A stretch of DNA of 64,000 bases from a bacterium TMED161. GTDB taxonomy: Bacteria > Fidelibacterota > Marinisomatia > SCGC-AAA003-L08 > D37C17. The notes under the pieces are model-generated. The model saw only the letters and a list, made by a program, of their open reading frames with translations. It made no database searches and was not told where the DNA came from. Shown one piece after another: positions 27,055-37,463 of the stretch. How positions within the stretch are numbered: the first letter of the stretch is position 1; each line of letters starts with the position of its first letter. The position numbers and the translations under genes were made by a program. The DNA lies in the NCBI GenBank assembly GCA_002171125.1, contig NHHK01000020.1, forward strand, positions 7,629 through 71,628. Reading direction: 5' to 3'.

Positions 27055-28071
27055 GTGTTAATTCTTAATAAGATTAAAGAGATTAAAGATGAATTTAATC
27101 TTGAGTTGTCTAATGTAAAGAATATACAAGAATTAGATACTCTCAAGAATAAATACTTATCTAGAAAAGGACTAGTTGCCTCATTATTTACAATGATGGG
27201 GACTTTGTCGTCTCAGGATAGACCTATTGCAGGTAATGAATTAAATAATCTTAAAAAATATTTAAATGATAAGATATCTTCTCACATTCTTATTCAATCA
27301 TCTGAAATAAAAATTAGTACTAAAATAGATTATACTTTGCCTGGAGCAAATTTGAAAAATGGAACTGTTCATCCATTAACGAAAACAGTTTTGATGATTG
27401 AAGATATTTTTCAGAAGATTGGTTTTTCAATTGCCTATGGACCAGAAATTGATAGTGATTTTTATAATTTTGAAGCCTTAAATATTCCTCGGCATCATCC
27501 AGCTAGAGATATGCAAGATACATTTTATTTGAATGATGGAAATGTTTTGAGAACTCATACCTCAAATTCACAAATACATTTTATGATGGATAATGAGCCT
27601 CCTGTAAGAATTATTGCCCCTGGTAGAGTATATAGGAACGAGGATGTAAGTGTACGAAGTTATTGCCTTTTTCATCAGATTGAAGGTCTATATGTAGATA
27701 AAAATGTTTCATTCTCTGATTTAAAGTCTGTATTAAATTATTTTGCAAGAGAGTTATTTGGTAATGATGTCAAAACTAGATTTAGACCTAGTTATTTTCC
27801 TTTTACTGAACCAAGTGCAGAGATGGATGTTTATTGGGGTCTTAATTCTGAATCAGATAAGAGAATAACAAAAGGAACTGGATGGTTAGAGATTTTAGGA
27901 TGTGGTATGGTAGATCCTGAGGTTTTTAAAAATGTTAAATATGACCATTCTTTATATTCAGGTTATGCCTTTGGTGTAGGCATAGAAAGAATTGCAATGT
28001 TACTATATGGTGTAGAAGATATCAGAGAATTTTATAAAGGCGATACACGTTTTTTAGGACAGTTTAGATGA
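27055..28071 (+). CDS. pheS: Phenylalanine--tRNA ligase alpha subunit
   Basis: HPARDMQDTFY, LRTHTS, class II motif FRPSYFPFTEPSAE and GFGVGIERIAM-type motif 3. Confidence 0.95.
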   Translation: MLILNKIKEIKDEFNLELSNVKNIQELDTLKNKYLSRKGLVASLFTMMGTLSSQDRPIAGNELNNLKKYLNDKISSHILIQSSEIKISTKIDYTLPGANLKNGTVHPLTKTVLMIEDIFQKIGFSIAYGPEIDSDFYNFEALNIPRHHPARDMQDTFYLNDGNVLRTHTSNSQIHFMMDNEPPVRIIAPGRVYRNEDVSVRSYCLFHQIEGLYVDKNVSFSDLKSVLNYFARELFGNDVKTRFRPSYFPFTEPSAEMDVYWGLNSESDKRITKGTGWLEILGCGMVDPEVFKNVKYDHSLYSGYAFGVGIERIAMLLYGVEDIREFYKGDTRFLGQFR

Positions 28072-30416
28072 TAGTATCTACAAAATGGTTAAAAGAATTA
28101 ATTGATTACTCTTTGAAACCTGAAGATTTAGAAAGTGGTCTTACATCTCTTGGCCTAGAATGTACCTATAAGGCTGATGTATCATCTTTTTCAGGTATTG
28201 TTGTAGGAAAAATATTATCGGTAACTAAAGTTGAAGATTCTGATCATCTAAATTTATGTAAAGTAGATGTCGGTGAAACTACTGTTGAAATAGTTTGTGG
28301 AGCTAATAATGTAGAGCCAGACATTTTGGTCCCGGTAGCCTTACCAGGAGCAACACTTGACAATGGAAATTTTACAATTAAAAAAGCAAAGATAAGAGGT
28401 GTTGTATCGAATGGAATGATTTGCTCTGAGAAAGAGCTTGGAATCAGCAGCAATCATCAAGGTATAATGATATTTTCTGAAAATCATGAAATTGGATCTA
28501 AGTTTACCAACTCTAAAGGGAATGATATTATTGATATTGATTTAACTCCTAATAGGGGAGATTGTTTTAGTCACTTAGGAGTAGCACGTGAGATTGCATT
28601 ATTAGAAAATATATCAATCAATCAATCAATAAAATCTTTTGAAGTTGGAGATTTTGATACTGATATTCAAATAGAAATTGATGATTTAGATGATTGTCCT
28701 CGTTATGCAGCACGTATCATAAAGGGAGTAGATGTTAAACCGTCTCCTGACTGGTTAAGAGAGAAAATAGAGTCGATTGGACATAAAAGTATTAATAATA
28801 TTGTTGATGCTTCAAATTATGTTTTATTCCATTTCGGACATCCAATGCATACATTTGATTTAGATAAAATAAAAAGTAATAAAATAAATGTAAAAAAAAT
28901 TAAAGATAAGCAAAATGTAATATGCCTTGATGGTGTTACAAGGTCTACCACAAAAGATCATCTATTGATTTGTGATGGAGAAAAGCCAATTGCGATAGCT
29001 GGAATTATGGGATTAGAAAATTCATCTGTGAAAGGTAACACAACTAATATCCTTATTGAAAGTGCATATTTCAATCCTATTACTGTAAGGAAAGGGGCAA
29101 AACAGTTAGACTTAAGCACAGACGCTTCAAAAAGATTTGAGAGAGATACAGATATTAATATGATTATTAAATCTTTAGATGCATTGACAGGTTTAATATG
29201 TGAAATTGCTGGTGGTAAACCTTCAAAGAATGTAGTTGATATTTATCCTGAAGTTAAACAAAAAATTATTATTGATTTTAACGTAGATGATTGTAATGCG
29301 CTTCTGGGAACTTCATTGAATAAAAAAGATATGACTAATATTTTAAAAAAATTATCGTTAGAAGTCTTTGAAGAAGGAAAATTAATAAAATGTACCATTC
29401 CATATTATAGAAATGACCTTGAAAGATCAGTTGATTTGTATGAAGAGATTGCTAGAGTCTATGGCTATGACAATATACCAATAGCTGAGACATTTTCAGG
29501 TTCTTATTCATCTTTGAATAAAGACAAGAATCTTTTAAGTAAAAAAATATCAAATATGTTATCAAATAGCGGCTTTAATGAGCATTTTTCAAATAGTTTA
29601 CTATCTGAAAAAGAAATTATGCTTTTTGAAGACTCAAAAAATGTTAAAATTGCAAATCCTTTAAGTTCAGATATGCAATTTCTTAGAAATTCTATAATTC
29701 CAGGATTGATTAAAGCAGTTGAATTTAATTTGAATCATGGCAACTTAGATTTTAAGTTGTTTGAATTAGGGGAAGTACATAAAGTAATTAATACAAATAA
29801 CACTAATAGATATATTCAAAATTCATATATAGGTATTGCATGGTGCTGCTTCGGTAATAAAAATTGGAAAAATCAAAATAAATTCGACTTTTTTGACGTA
29901 AAAGGAGAAATAGATCAAATTTTCAAAACTTTAGATATAAATATTGAATACGTAAATACTAATAATGAAATACAATTACATTTAAATAAGAAACAAATAG
30001 GTTTTATTAAAACTATGAATGATATAGATTCAAATTTATTGAAAAATAAATCCGAAGTATTCTTCGCGGAGATTAATATTGATCAATTAAAGAATCATTA
30101 TGTTAATAATAAAACTAAAATTGTGCCGCCATCTCAATTTCCTTCAATTGATAGAGATATATCAATTCTTATTTCTAAAGAATTTTCTTACAGTGAGATC
30201 ACAAATCTTATTTCTAATACTGGTGGTGATTTATTGAAAGAAATATCTCTTTTTGATTTATATGTAGATAAGGATATTGATAAAGATAAACATAGCTTAT
30301 CAATTTCTCTTGAATTTTCATCAAACACTAGAACCCTTAAAGATAATGAAATTGATGATTTGATGGACAGTATAATTCAAGTTCTTAAGAATAATTTCAA
30401 AATAACTCAAAGGTAA
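28068..30416 (+). CDS. pheT: Phenylalanine--tRNA ligase beta subunit
   Basis: ATGA-coupled to pheS. MIVSTKWLKELIDY N-terminus, tRNA-binding OB region (VVGKILSVTKV..HLNLCKVDVG), and B3/4 and B5 segments. Confidence 0.95.
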   Translation: MIVSTKWLKELIDYSLKPEDLESGLTSLGLECTYKADVSSFSGIVVGKILSVTKVEDSDHLNLCKVDVGETTVEIVCGANNVEPDILVPVALPGATLDNGNFTIKKAKIRGVVSNGMICSEKELGISSNHQGIMIFSENHEIGSKFTNSKGNDIIDIDLTPNRGDCFSHLGVAREIALLENISINQSIKSFEVGDFDTDIQIEIDDLDDCPRYAARIIKGVDVKPSPDWLREKIESIGHKSINNIVDASNYVLFHFGHPMHTFDLDKIKSNKINVKKIKDKQNVICLDGVTRSTTKDHLLICDGEKPIAIAGIMGLENSSVKGNTTNILIESAYFNPITVRKGAKQLDLSTDASKRFERDTDINMIIKSLDALTGLICEIAGGKPSKNVVDIYPEVKQKIIIDFNVDDCNALLGTSLNKKDMTNILKKLSLEVFEEGKLIKCTIPYYRNDLERSVDLYEEIARVYGYDNIPIAETFSGSYSSLNKDKNLLSKKISNMLSNSGFNEHFSNSLLSEKEIMLFEDSKNVKIANPLSSDMQFLRNSIIPGLIKAVEFNLNHGNLDFKLFELGEVHKVINTNNTNRYIQNSYIGIAWCCFGNKNWKNQNKFDFFDVKGEIDQIFKTLDINIEYVNTNNEIQLHLNKKQIGFIKTMNDIDSNLLKNKSEVFFAEINIDQLKNHYVNNKTKIVPPSQFPSIDRDISILISKEFSYSEITNLISNTGGDLLKEISLFDLYVDKDIDKDKHSLSISLEFSSNTRTLKDNEIDDLMDSIIQVLKNNFKITQR

Positions 30417-30419
30417 AAA

Positions 30420-30737
30420 ATGGCTGAGCCTAAAACAATTTCTGTCAATATATATGGTCAAGATTACATGCTTAAAAGCACCGGAGATGAAGATTATATT
30501 CATAAAATTGCTAAAATTGTTCAAGAAAGGATGAAAGAAGTAGAAAGTACTGGGCTTGATGCAAATTCCCAGCAGTTAAAGATTGCAGTATTGGCTGCTA
30601 TGAATATAGCTGATGAATTATTACAATCTGAAGATAAAAAAAATAGATTAATAAAAAGAATTGAAACCAAAGGTAATTCATTTATTGAATATATAGACGA
30701 CAGAATTAAAGAAATTGAATCAACTAAGGAAAAATAG
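30420..30737 (+). CDS. zapA: Cell division protein ZapA
   Basis: 105 aa. ISVNIYGQDYMLKSTGDEDYIHKIAKIVQERM and a coiled-coil tail, the typical ZapA layout. Confidence 0.75.
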   Translation: MAEPKTISVNIYGQDYMLKSTGDEDYIHKIAKIVQERMKEVESTGLDANSQQLKIAVLAAMNIADELLQSEDKKNRLIKRIETKGNSFIEYIDDRIKEIESTKEK

Positions 30738-30742
30738 AGATA

Positions 30743-31639
30743 ATGGAGACAAAACTATTAAAAGGAAAGCCTGTATCTGATCATCTTAAATCTCGTTTAT
30801 CGAAAAAAATTTCTAATTTGAAAGATGATGGTGTTATTCCTGGATTAGCAGCTGTTTTGGTAGGTGATGACCCCGCATCTCACGTTTATGTTAGAAGCAA
30901 GTCAAAGGTATTTGAATCAAATAATTGTTTTAGCAAAACATATAAAATGCCTAAGGATTCATCGGAAACTCAAATTTTAGATCTAATAGATAAGCTTAAT
31001 AATGATAGTAAAATTCATGGTATTTTAGTCCAGTTGCCTCTGCCAAATCACCTTGACTCAAAAAAAATTCTTAATAAGGTTAGCCCAAGTAAAGATGTAG
31101 ATGGATTTCACCCTTTGAATCTAGGTTCATTGTTTGAGGGAAATCCAAATTTTATTCCATGTACTCCTAACGGTATTATTCAAATTTTAGATTACTATGC
31201 TATAGAGACATCTGGAAGGCATGTTGTTGTAATTGGAAGAAGTAATATTGTTGGAAAACCCATGTTCGGATTACTTGCACAAAAATTTAAAATTGGTAAT
31301 GCAACAGTTACAATGTGCCATACTGGCACCAAAGACATATCTACATTTACAAAACAAGCTGATATAGTAATTGCTGCGGTTGGAGTACCAGAAATGTTGA
31401 CGTCAGATATGATAAAAGATGGTGCTTGCTTGATAGATGTTGGTATTAATAGAGTTGATGATCAAAATTCAGAAAAAGGTTATAAGCTAGTAGGAGATAT
31501 TGATATAAAAAGTGTTATTGGCAAGGCAAGCTCTGTAACTCCAGTTCCTGGTGGAGTTGGTCCTATGACAATTACAATGCTTTTGTATAATACTGTTTTA
31601 GCAGCTCAATTGATTACAAAAACCGATACAATTATTTAA
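30743..31639 (+). CDS. folD: Bifunctional methylenetetrahydrofolate dehydrogenase/cyclohydrolase
   Basis: PGLAAVLVGDDPASHVYVRSK, GILVQLPLP, VDGFHP, VVIGRSNIVGKP and PVPGGVGPMTI motifs. Confidence 0.95.
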   Translation: METKLLKGKPVSDHLKSRLSKKISNLKDDGVIPGLAAVLVGDDPASHVYVRSKSKVFESNNCFSKTYKMPKDSSETQILDLIDKLNNDSKIHGILVQLPLPNHLDSKKILNKVSPSKDVDGFHPLNLGSLFEGNPNFIPCTPNGIIQILDYYAIETSGRHVVVIGRSNIVGKPMFGLLAQKFKIGNATVTMCHTGTKDISTFTKQADIVIAAVGVPEMLTSDMIKDGACLIDVGINRVDDQNSEKGYKLVGDIDIKSVIGKASSVTPVPGGVGPMTITMLLYNTVLAAQLITKTDTII

Positions 31640-33170
31640 AAACATTTATACTTATTGTAGTAAGATTTGTATCTGGAAAAACTTTTGAATAAATATTGTC
31701 CTTCTTGAGTTCTGCAGCTTTAGCACATTTTAAAAATACATCATACTCCACAATGAACTGATCAGAATAACCATGGGTAGCTTCATATGCTATTGTTGGT
31801 GTTTTAAATTTATTTTTACCACATATTGAAGGATCTACACCATGTAGCTCAAGCATTAATAGTCCATGTTTTGATATATGTTTTTTCCATTTATTTAGAT
31901 GGTGAATTAGGTTTGATATTATTTCTTCAGAACTTATTAGACTACCTTTGAATGCATATGCACATGATGTTTTGTATGATAAACCAGTGAGTTGTTGGAC
32001 TTTTTGAAATATTCTATTATGATCAAGGAACGAGCGAACGTGTAGTAAGTCTTTAATATCTATCCCAAACATATCATATAAATCATGCTTATATTTTTCA
32101 GGATTGCTTATATCAGATATTAAAAAATTACTTTTAATACGAGCTTTCTTTAAATTTAAGTTAGCTATATCTAAAGCTTCTTGATTTAAATCCGCACCAA
32201 AAATTAAAAGTGGATATCTATCTAAATGTTTACCTCTTAATGTATTTTGAGTAATTAATTTATAAATATGCTCTAAGAACATACCATCACCGCAACCCAT
32301 ATCTGCAATTCCCTTGGGCTGTTTTTCAATAGGAGAATTAAAAATATCTGTAATTATTGAATCTATTTTATTAAAGTATGTTTTGTGCGCACCACCACTA
32401 CCCCAGACATTCAATTTACGATTAACGTGAATTTCTTTTTCATCAATATTTCTACTGTAGATCAAATTTTTATTACTAAATATAGTTTTGTCTAGATCTG
32501 ATAAAATTGGTTGGTATGATGCTGTAACGCCATAAGATTTAGCTCTAGACAATATGTATTGATATGTTACATCCACATTGATGTATTTATTTTGAGATAA
32601 AACTATTTTTATGAACTCTTCTAAATTAGCATTATCCTTTTGGCTATTTTTGTGATATGACATAAATAAGATAATAGGATAAAGAATTATTCCTTCTAGA
32701 TGTTTTGCTATTCTGTATGAAATCTCATCATCATTTTCGTGCAATGATCGTAAAATAGAATTATAATCATTTGAGTAATCTTTAATTAAATCAATGTGTT
32801 TATTTAATGCATCTAAACAAATATCATTTAATATAAAATCTTTCAAGTTTAGTTTTATTTCTTTGTAAATATTATAAAATTCGATTTGTTTGAGAAATTT
32901 CTCTCCATAAGATGTTAACAAATATATTGTATCATCTTTATCTATTGATTTATTTAATACTCCTAACGAGCAAAGAGAAGTAAGAGCTACATTTAAATAT
33001 CCAATTTGAGTATTGCTGCTAGATAACGCACTTAGTGATATCTGTCCATTTTTAAGAATTGTTTTTATGATTTCATTTTCTACTAAAGATAAAATAGTTG
33101 GTGCGATAACTATTCCCTCTAAATGAGTAAAAAGTTGAAAAATAGGTTTATTAAGTTCTTTTCTATTCAA
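31632..33170 (-). CDS. Class I SAM-dependent methyltransferase with a duplicated N-terminal helical module
   Basis: SAM motif I IADMGCGDGMF followed by LLIFGADLN. The N-terminal half contains two copies of an HLEGI(V/I)(I/L)xP(T/I)IL.. module. Confidence 0.65.
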   Translation of the reverse strand: MNRKELNKPIFQLFTHLEGIVIAPTILSLVENEIIKTILKNGQISLSALSSSNTQIGYLNVALTSLCSLGVLNKSIDKDDTIYLLTSYGEKFLKQIEFYNIYKEIKLNLKDFILNDICLDALNKHIDLIKDYSNDYNSILRSLHENDDEISYRIAKHLEGIILYPIILFMSYHKNSQKDNANLEEFIKIVLSQNKYINVDVTYQYILSRAKSYGVTASYQPILSDLDKTIFSNKNLIYSRNIDEKEIHVNRKLNVWGSGGAHKTYFNKIDSIITDIFNSPIEKQPKGIADMGCGDGMFLEHIYKLITQNTLRGKHLDRYPLLIFGADLNQEALDIANLNLKKARIKSNFLISDISNPEKYKHDLYDMFGIDIKDLLHVRSFLDHNRIFQKVQQLTGLSYKTSCAYAFKGSLISSEEIISNLIHHLNKWKKHISKHGLLMLELHGVDPSICGKNKFKTPTIAYEATHGYSDQFIVEYDVFLKCAKAAELKKDNIYSKVFPDTNLTTISINVFK

Positions 33171-33260
33171 AATTATTTTCTATAAAATGGGTTATACAAT
33201 CTTTACAAAAACTCCGTAAATTATACTATAAATACAAATAAAACAAAAAAAGGATAAAAA

Positions 33261-34361
33261 TTGAGCCTTGTTCCTAAGCATATTAAAAAATTAAAACCAT
33301 ACATTGCTGGTAAATCTAAAGATGAATTTAGAAGAAAATATGGTGATATAAATCCTATTAAATTAGCTTCTAATGAAAATTCATTAGGTTGTTCTCCTAA
33401 ATCAATTGAAAGAGTCCAAAAATATTTAGAAGCTTGTAATCGATATCCAGATTCATCAGGCTATAAATTAAGAGAAAAACTTGCAAAAAAATATGACCTT
33501 AGTATTGATAATGTAATTATAGGTTCAGGAAGTGAAGGTATCATGTCAAATATTATGCGTACTTTTCTTCATGGTAATGATAAAATAATATCTTCTCGTA
33601 ATTCATTTATTGGTTTTAGGGTTTTAGCTGACGCTAGTGGATATGACTCAGCTTGGGCCCCAATGGATAAATATCATTATGATTTAGATTCAATAGCTGA
33701 AATGATTGATCCTCAAACTAAGATTATCTATCTTGCAAATCCAGATAACCCTACTGGAACATTTTTTAATAGAAAGCAGTTTGACAAGTTTATGCAAAAA
33801 GTTCCCGATAGAATATTGATAATTTTAGATGAAGCATATTATGAATATGCTAAGGATAGCCCTGATTATCCTGACTCTATGCTTTATAGATATGATAACA
33901 TTATAACATTGAGAACTTTTTCTAAGGCTCATGGCCTAGCAGGCTTTAGAGTCGGATATGGTTTTGCTCATGAAGAATTAATTAAAAACTTATTAAAAGT
34001 AAAGTTACCGTTTGAGCCTTCAATGCTTGCCCAAGAAGCTGCTATAGCTGCATTGGATGATGAGGATTTTATTGAAAATTCTATAAAAATAAATACGAAC
34101 CAAAAAAATGATTTATATAAATTTTTTAAAGAAAATCATATTATCTATATTGATAGTAAAACAAATTTTATAACAATTATATTTGATGATGAGGACATAA
34201 ATAATATTATTTGCGAGGAATTATTAAAAGAAGGAGTTATTGTTCGAAACCTAATTGGCTTTGGCTTACCTAATTGCATGAGAGTAACAATTGGCCTTGA
34301 AAAAGAAAATCATATTTTCAAACAAGCTTTTTTAAAAGTCATCAAAAAGGTTGTACAATAG
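33261..34361 (+). CDS. HisC-family (histidinol-phosphate / aromatic amino acid) aminotransferase
   Basis: TTG start after AAGGA. LASNENSLGCSP, ANPDNPTG, and the PLP lysine in TFSKAHGLAGFRVGY. Confidence 0.85.
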   Translation: MSLVPKHIKKLKPYIAGKSKDEFRRKYGDINPIKLASNENSLGCSPKSIERVQKYLEACNRYPDSSGYKLREKLAKKYDLSIDNVIIGSGSEGIMSNIMRTFLHGNDKIISSRNSFIGFRVLADASGYDSAWAPMDKYHYDLDSIAEMIDPQTKIIYLANPDNPTGTFFNRKQFDKFMQKVPDRILIILDEAYYEYAKDSPDYPDSMLYRYDNIITLRTFSKAHGLAGFRVGYGFAHEELIKNLLKVKLPFEPSMLAQEAAIAALDDEDFIENSIKINTNQKNDLYKFFKENHIIYIDSKTNFITIIFDDEDINNIICEELLKEGVIVRNLIGFGLPNCMRVTIGLEKENHIFKQAFLKVIKKVVQ

Positions 34362-34368
34362 GAGGATT

Positions 34369-35445
34369 ATGAGAAATTTTAAATATTTAGAGTTTTATGT
34401 TGGAAATGCAAAACAAGCTGCTCATTACTATTGTTCAGCCTTTGGATTTTCAGGTCATGCATATTCTGGCCCAGAAACAGGTGACAAAGAATGTGTTTCT
34501 TATGTTTTAAAGCAAAATAATATTTTCTTTGTGTTTACTACGGCGCTTTCATCCAACCATAAAATATCAAAATGGGTAGAAAAACATGGTGATGGAGTAT
34601 GTGATATTGCATTTACTACTGATTCAGTCGATCAAGATTTTAAGTTTTCTATTGATAATGGCGCTGAATCACTTTTGAGTCCTCAGCAAATTTCAGATGA
34701 ATATGGTATATATAAAATAGCTTCTTTAAAAACATACGGAGATGTAAAGCATTCCATTATTGATGCAAGTAATTATAAAGGTCTTTGGAAGCCAGGATTT
34801 ATTCCATTCAATACTAATAATTTATGTATTTCTTCACCAAATCTATTATTAGTAGATCATGTGGTTGCAAATGTAGAAGATAATAAAATGAATGATTGGG
34901 TATCATTCTATAAAAAAAGTTTTAAGTTTAACTCGTTTATTGAATTCACAGAAGATGATATAGCAACACAGTATTCTGCGTTAAGAAGTAAGGTGATGAA
35001 ATCAGACAACAATAAGATAAAATTACCAATTAATGAGCCAGCTGAAGGTTTGAAAAAATCTCAAATTCAAGAGTATATTGATTATAATAATGGGCCTGGC
35101 GTTCAGCATATTGCTCTTTTAACAACTGATATAATTTCTACAATTTCTGCTTTGAGGAATAATGGAGTCCAATTTTTAGACGTTCCGGACAATTATTATG
35201 ATGATTTGCAAAGTCGTATTGGAGTGATAGATGAAGACATTGAAAAACTTAAAGAACTTAAAATTTTAGTTGATAAAGATGAACAGGGTTACCTTCTTCA
35301 ACTTTTTACTAAGCCTGTTCAAGATAGGCCCACTCTTTTTATTGAAATCATTCAAAGAAAAGGTTGTCAAGGATTTGGGAAAGGTAATTTTATGGCTTTA
35401 TTTAAATCAATTGAGAAAGAACAGAAAAGAAGAGGGAATCTATAA
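34369..35445 (+). CDS. hppD: 4-hydroxyphenylpyruvate dioxygenase
   Basis: ATG at 34369 preceded by GGAGGA. Tandem VOC-fold domains, GPGVQHIAL and the C-terminal FIEIIQRKGCQGFGKGNFMALFKSIE signature. Confidence 0.9.
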   Translation: MRNFKYLEFYVGNAKQAAHYYCSAFGFSGHAYSGPETGDKECVSYVLKQNNIFFVFTTALSSNHKISKWVEKHGDGVCDIAFTTDSVDQDFKFSIDNGAESLLSPQQISDEYGIYKIASLKTYGDVKHSIIDASNYKGLWKPGFIPFNTNNLCISSPNLLLVDHVVANVEDNKMNDWVSFYKKSFKFNSFIEFTEDDIATQYSALRSKVMKSDNNKIKLPINEPAEGLKKSQIQEYIDYNNGPGVQHIALLTTDIISTISALRNNGVQFLDVPDNYYDDLQSRIGVIDEDIEKLKELKILVDKDEQGYLLQLFTKPVQDRPTLFIEIIQRKGCQGFGKGNFMALFKSIEKEQKRRGNL

Positions 35446-36587
35446 TGTTTTATATTAAAAGAGGAAATATTCCCAATAAAAGACATACTCAGTTTAAAAA
35501 AGAAAACGGAAAACTATACTTTGAAGAACATATCAGTAGGGAGGGTTTTTCTAGTATATACTCTAATGTATATCATGAAAAAATGCCAACAGAAATATTA
35601 TCTGTTGGAAACTTTAACGAATTCAATATTATTGAATCTTTTGGCAAGCATAAGAATAGGCATTTCTTTACAAAAAAATTAAACTTGTCAGGTGACTGTG
35701 TTAATTCAAGACATGCTCTTTTATACAATGATGATATTACCATTTATAAATTACATGCTAATGAAAATATGGATTATGCATATAGAAATTCTCATTTTGA
35801 TGAGTTGCTTTATATCCAAAGTGGGAATGGATGCTTTAAATCAAATTTTGGTCATATAAATATTAAGACTGGTGATTATTTAGTGATACCTAGAGGTGTT
35901 ATCTGGAAAATGGACTTAGAAAGTGATTTATCTTGCCTTTTATTAGAATCGTCTGCGCCAATTGAAACTCCTAATCGATATAGGAATAAGTTTGGCCAGT
36001 TAATGGAGCATTCTCCGTTCTGTGAAAGAGATATTGTCGTTCCAGATTTAGATCCAATTGAGTTATCTCAAGATGTTCATTTAAAAGTTAGACTCAAAGG
36101 CGGGATTCAAGAATATATATTAAAGAATAGTCCTTTTGATATAGTTGGGTGGGATGGATGTTATTATCCATGGAAATTAAATATCAATGACTTTGAACCA
36201 ATTACTGGAAGCATTCATCAGCCGCCTCCAGTGCATCAAACTTTTCAATCTGCTGGCTTTGTAGTATGTTCTTTTGTAAGCAGAATGTTTGATTACCATC
36301 CAGAATCAATTCCTGCTCCGTACCCTCATTCAAATGTAGATTCAGATGAAGTTATATTTTATTCAATGGGTGATTTTATGAGTCGAAATGGTGTAGAGGA
36401 GCAATCTATTTCATTCCATCCCGCAGGGATTCCACATGGACCACATCCTGGAAGATACGAAGGGTCTATAGGAAAGAAAAGGACTGAAGAGTTAGCTGTT
36501 ATGGTAGATACCTTCAAGCCGTTAAAAGTTGCATGTGGATTGAAAGATGTTGAAGATGAAAAATATTCACTTAGCTGGCTAACCTAA
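35445..36587 (+). CDS. hmgA: Homogentisate 1,2-dioxygenase
   Basis: TAATG-coupled to hppD. N-terminus GNIPNKRHTQF, cupin core, HQPPPVHQTF and HSNVDSDEVIFY, PAGIPHGPHPG. Confidence 0.85.
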   Translation: MFYIKRGNIPNKRHTQFKKENGKLYFEEHISREGFSSIYSNVYHEKMPTEILSVGNFNEFNIIESFGKHKNRHFFTKKLNLSGDCVNSRHALLYNDDITIYKLHANENMDYAYRNSHFDELLYIQSGNGCFKSNFGHINIKTGDYLVIPRGVIWKMDLESDLSCLLLESSAPIETPNRYRNKFGQLMEHSPFCERDIVVPDLDPIELSQDVHLKVRLKGGIQEYILKNSPFDIVGWDGCYYPWKLNINDFEPITGSIHQPPPVHQTFQSAGFVVCSFVSRMFDYHPESIPAPYPHSNVDSDEVIFYSMGDFMSRNGVEEQSISFHPAGIPHGPHPGRYEGSIGKKRTEELAVMVDTFKPLKVACGLKDVEDEKYSLSWLT

Positions 36588-36614
36588 AGTAATACTTTAA
36601 ATAAAGATTGCAAT

Positions 36615-37463
36615 TTGTATAAAAATATAAATATTAAAGATGTAAATCTTAAGGAAGCATATCAACTAATGATATCGGGAGTCTCTCCACGTCCTATTGC
36701 ATTTGTAGCTACGCAAGATAAAGACGGCAATGATAATCTGGCACCTTTTTCATATTTTAATGCATTTGGATCAAATCCACCCATAGTTGGATTTTCTCCA
36801 GCTAACAGTGGTCGTACAGGAGATCAAAAAGATACTTTGATTAACATTCGTAATACTAATGAATTTTCGATATCAATGGTTAATTATAATATGGTAGAAC
36901 AAGTAAGTTTATCATCATGTGAATACAATTCAGATATTGATGAATTTGTTAAGAGTGGCTTTGCAAAAAAGAAATCATCGTTAATATCTCCTCCATCAGT
37001 TGATAAATCAAATTTTATAATGGAATGCAAATTATATGATATAATAGAACTTGGAGGTAAACCTGGAAGTGGTAATTTAGTTTTGGGTGAAATTTTATGT
37101 TTCCATGTATCTGAAAATATTTTTGATGAAAATGATAAAATTGATCCGTTCAAACTTGACCCTGTATCTCGTTTAGGTTATAATTTTTATTCTCGATCCA
37201 AAAGTGGAATATTTGAAGTTCATAAGCCAAGACATAATGGTATTGGTTTTGATGCTCTGCCTAAGCTTATTCTTCAAAGTAAGAATTTTTCTGGTAATGA
37301 GCTTGCAAAGTTGGCAGGTAGTAAAGAAATTCCAGAGATTGATTCAAATTATAATGATTTTGATGATTTAGACAACCAGACTCTAATTGAAAAAACAAAA
37401 GACTTTCTAGAAGATATGGATATAGATACTGCTTGGCAGACAGTTTTAAGATTAATAAAATAG
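36615..37463 (+). CDS. Flavin reductase-like (FMN-binding split-barrel) domain protein with a C-terminal extension
   Basis: SPRPIAFVATQDKDGNDNLAPFSYFNAFGSNPPIVGFS is the flavin-reductase-like signature. The TTG start is uncertain. Confidence 0.7.
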   Translation: MYKNINIKDVNLKEAYQLMISGVSPRPIAFVATQDKDGNDNLAPFSYFNAFGSNPPIVGFSPANSGRTGDQKDTLINIRNTNEFSISMVNYNMVEQVSLSSCEYNSDIDEFVKSGFAKKKSSLISPPSVDKSNFIMECKLYDIIELGGKPGSGNLVLGEILCFHVSENIFDENDKIDPFKLDPVSRLGYNFYSRSKSGIFEVHKPRHNGIGFDALPKLILQSKNFSGNELAKLAGSKEIPEIDSNYNDFDDLDNQTLIEKTKDFLEDMDIDTAWQTVLRLIK

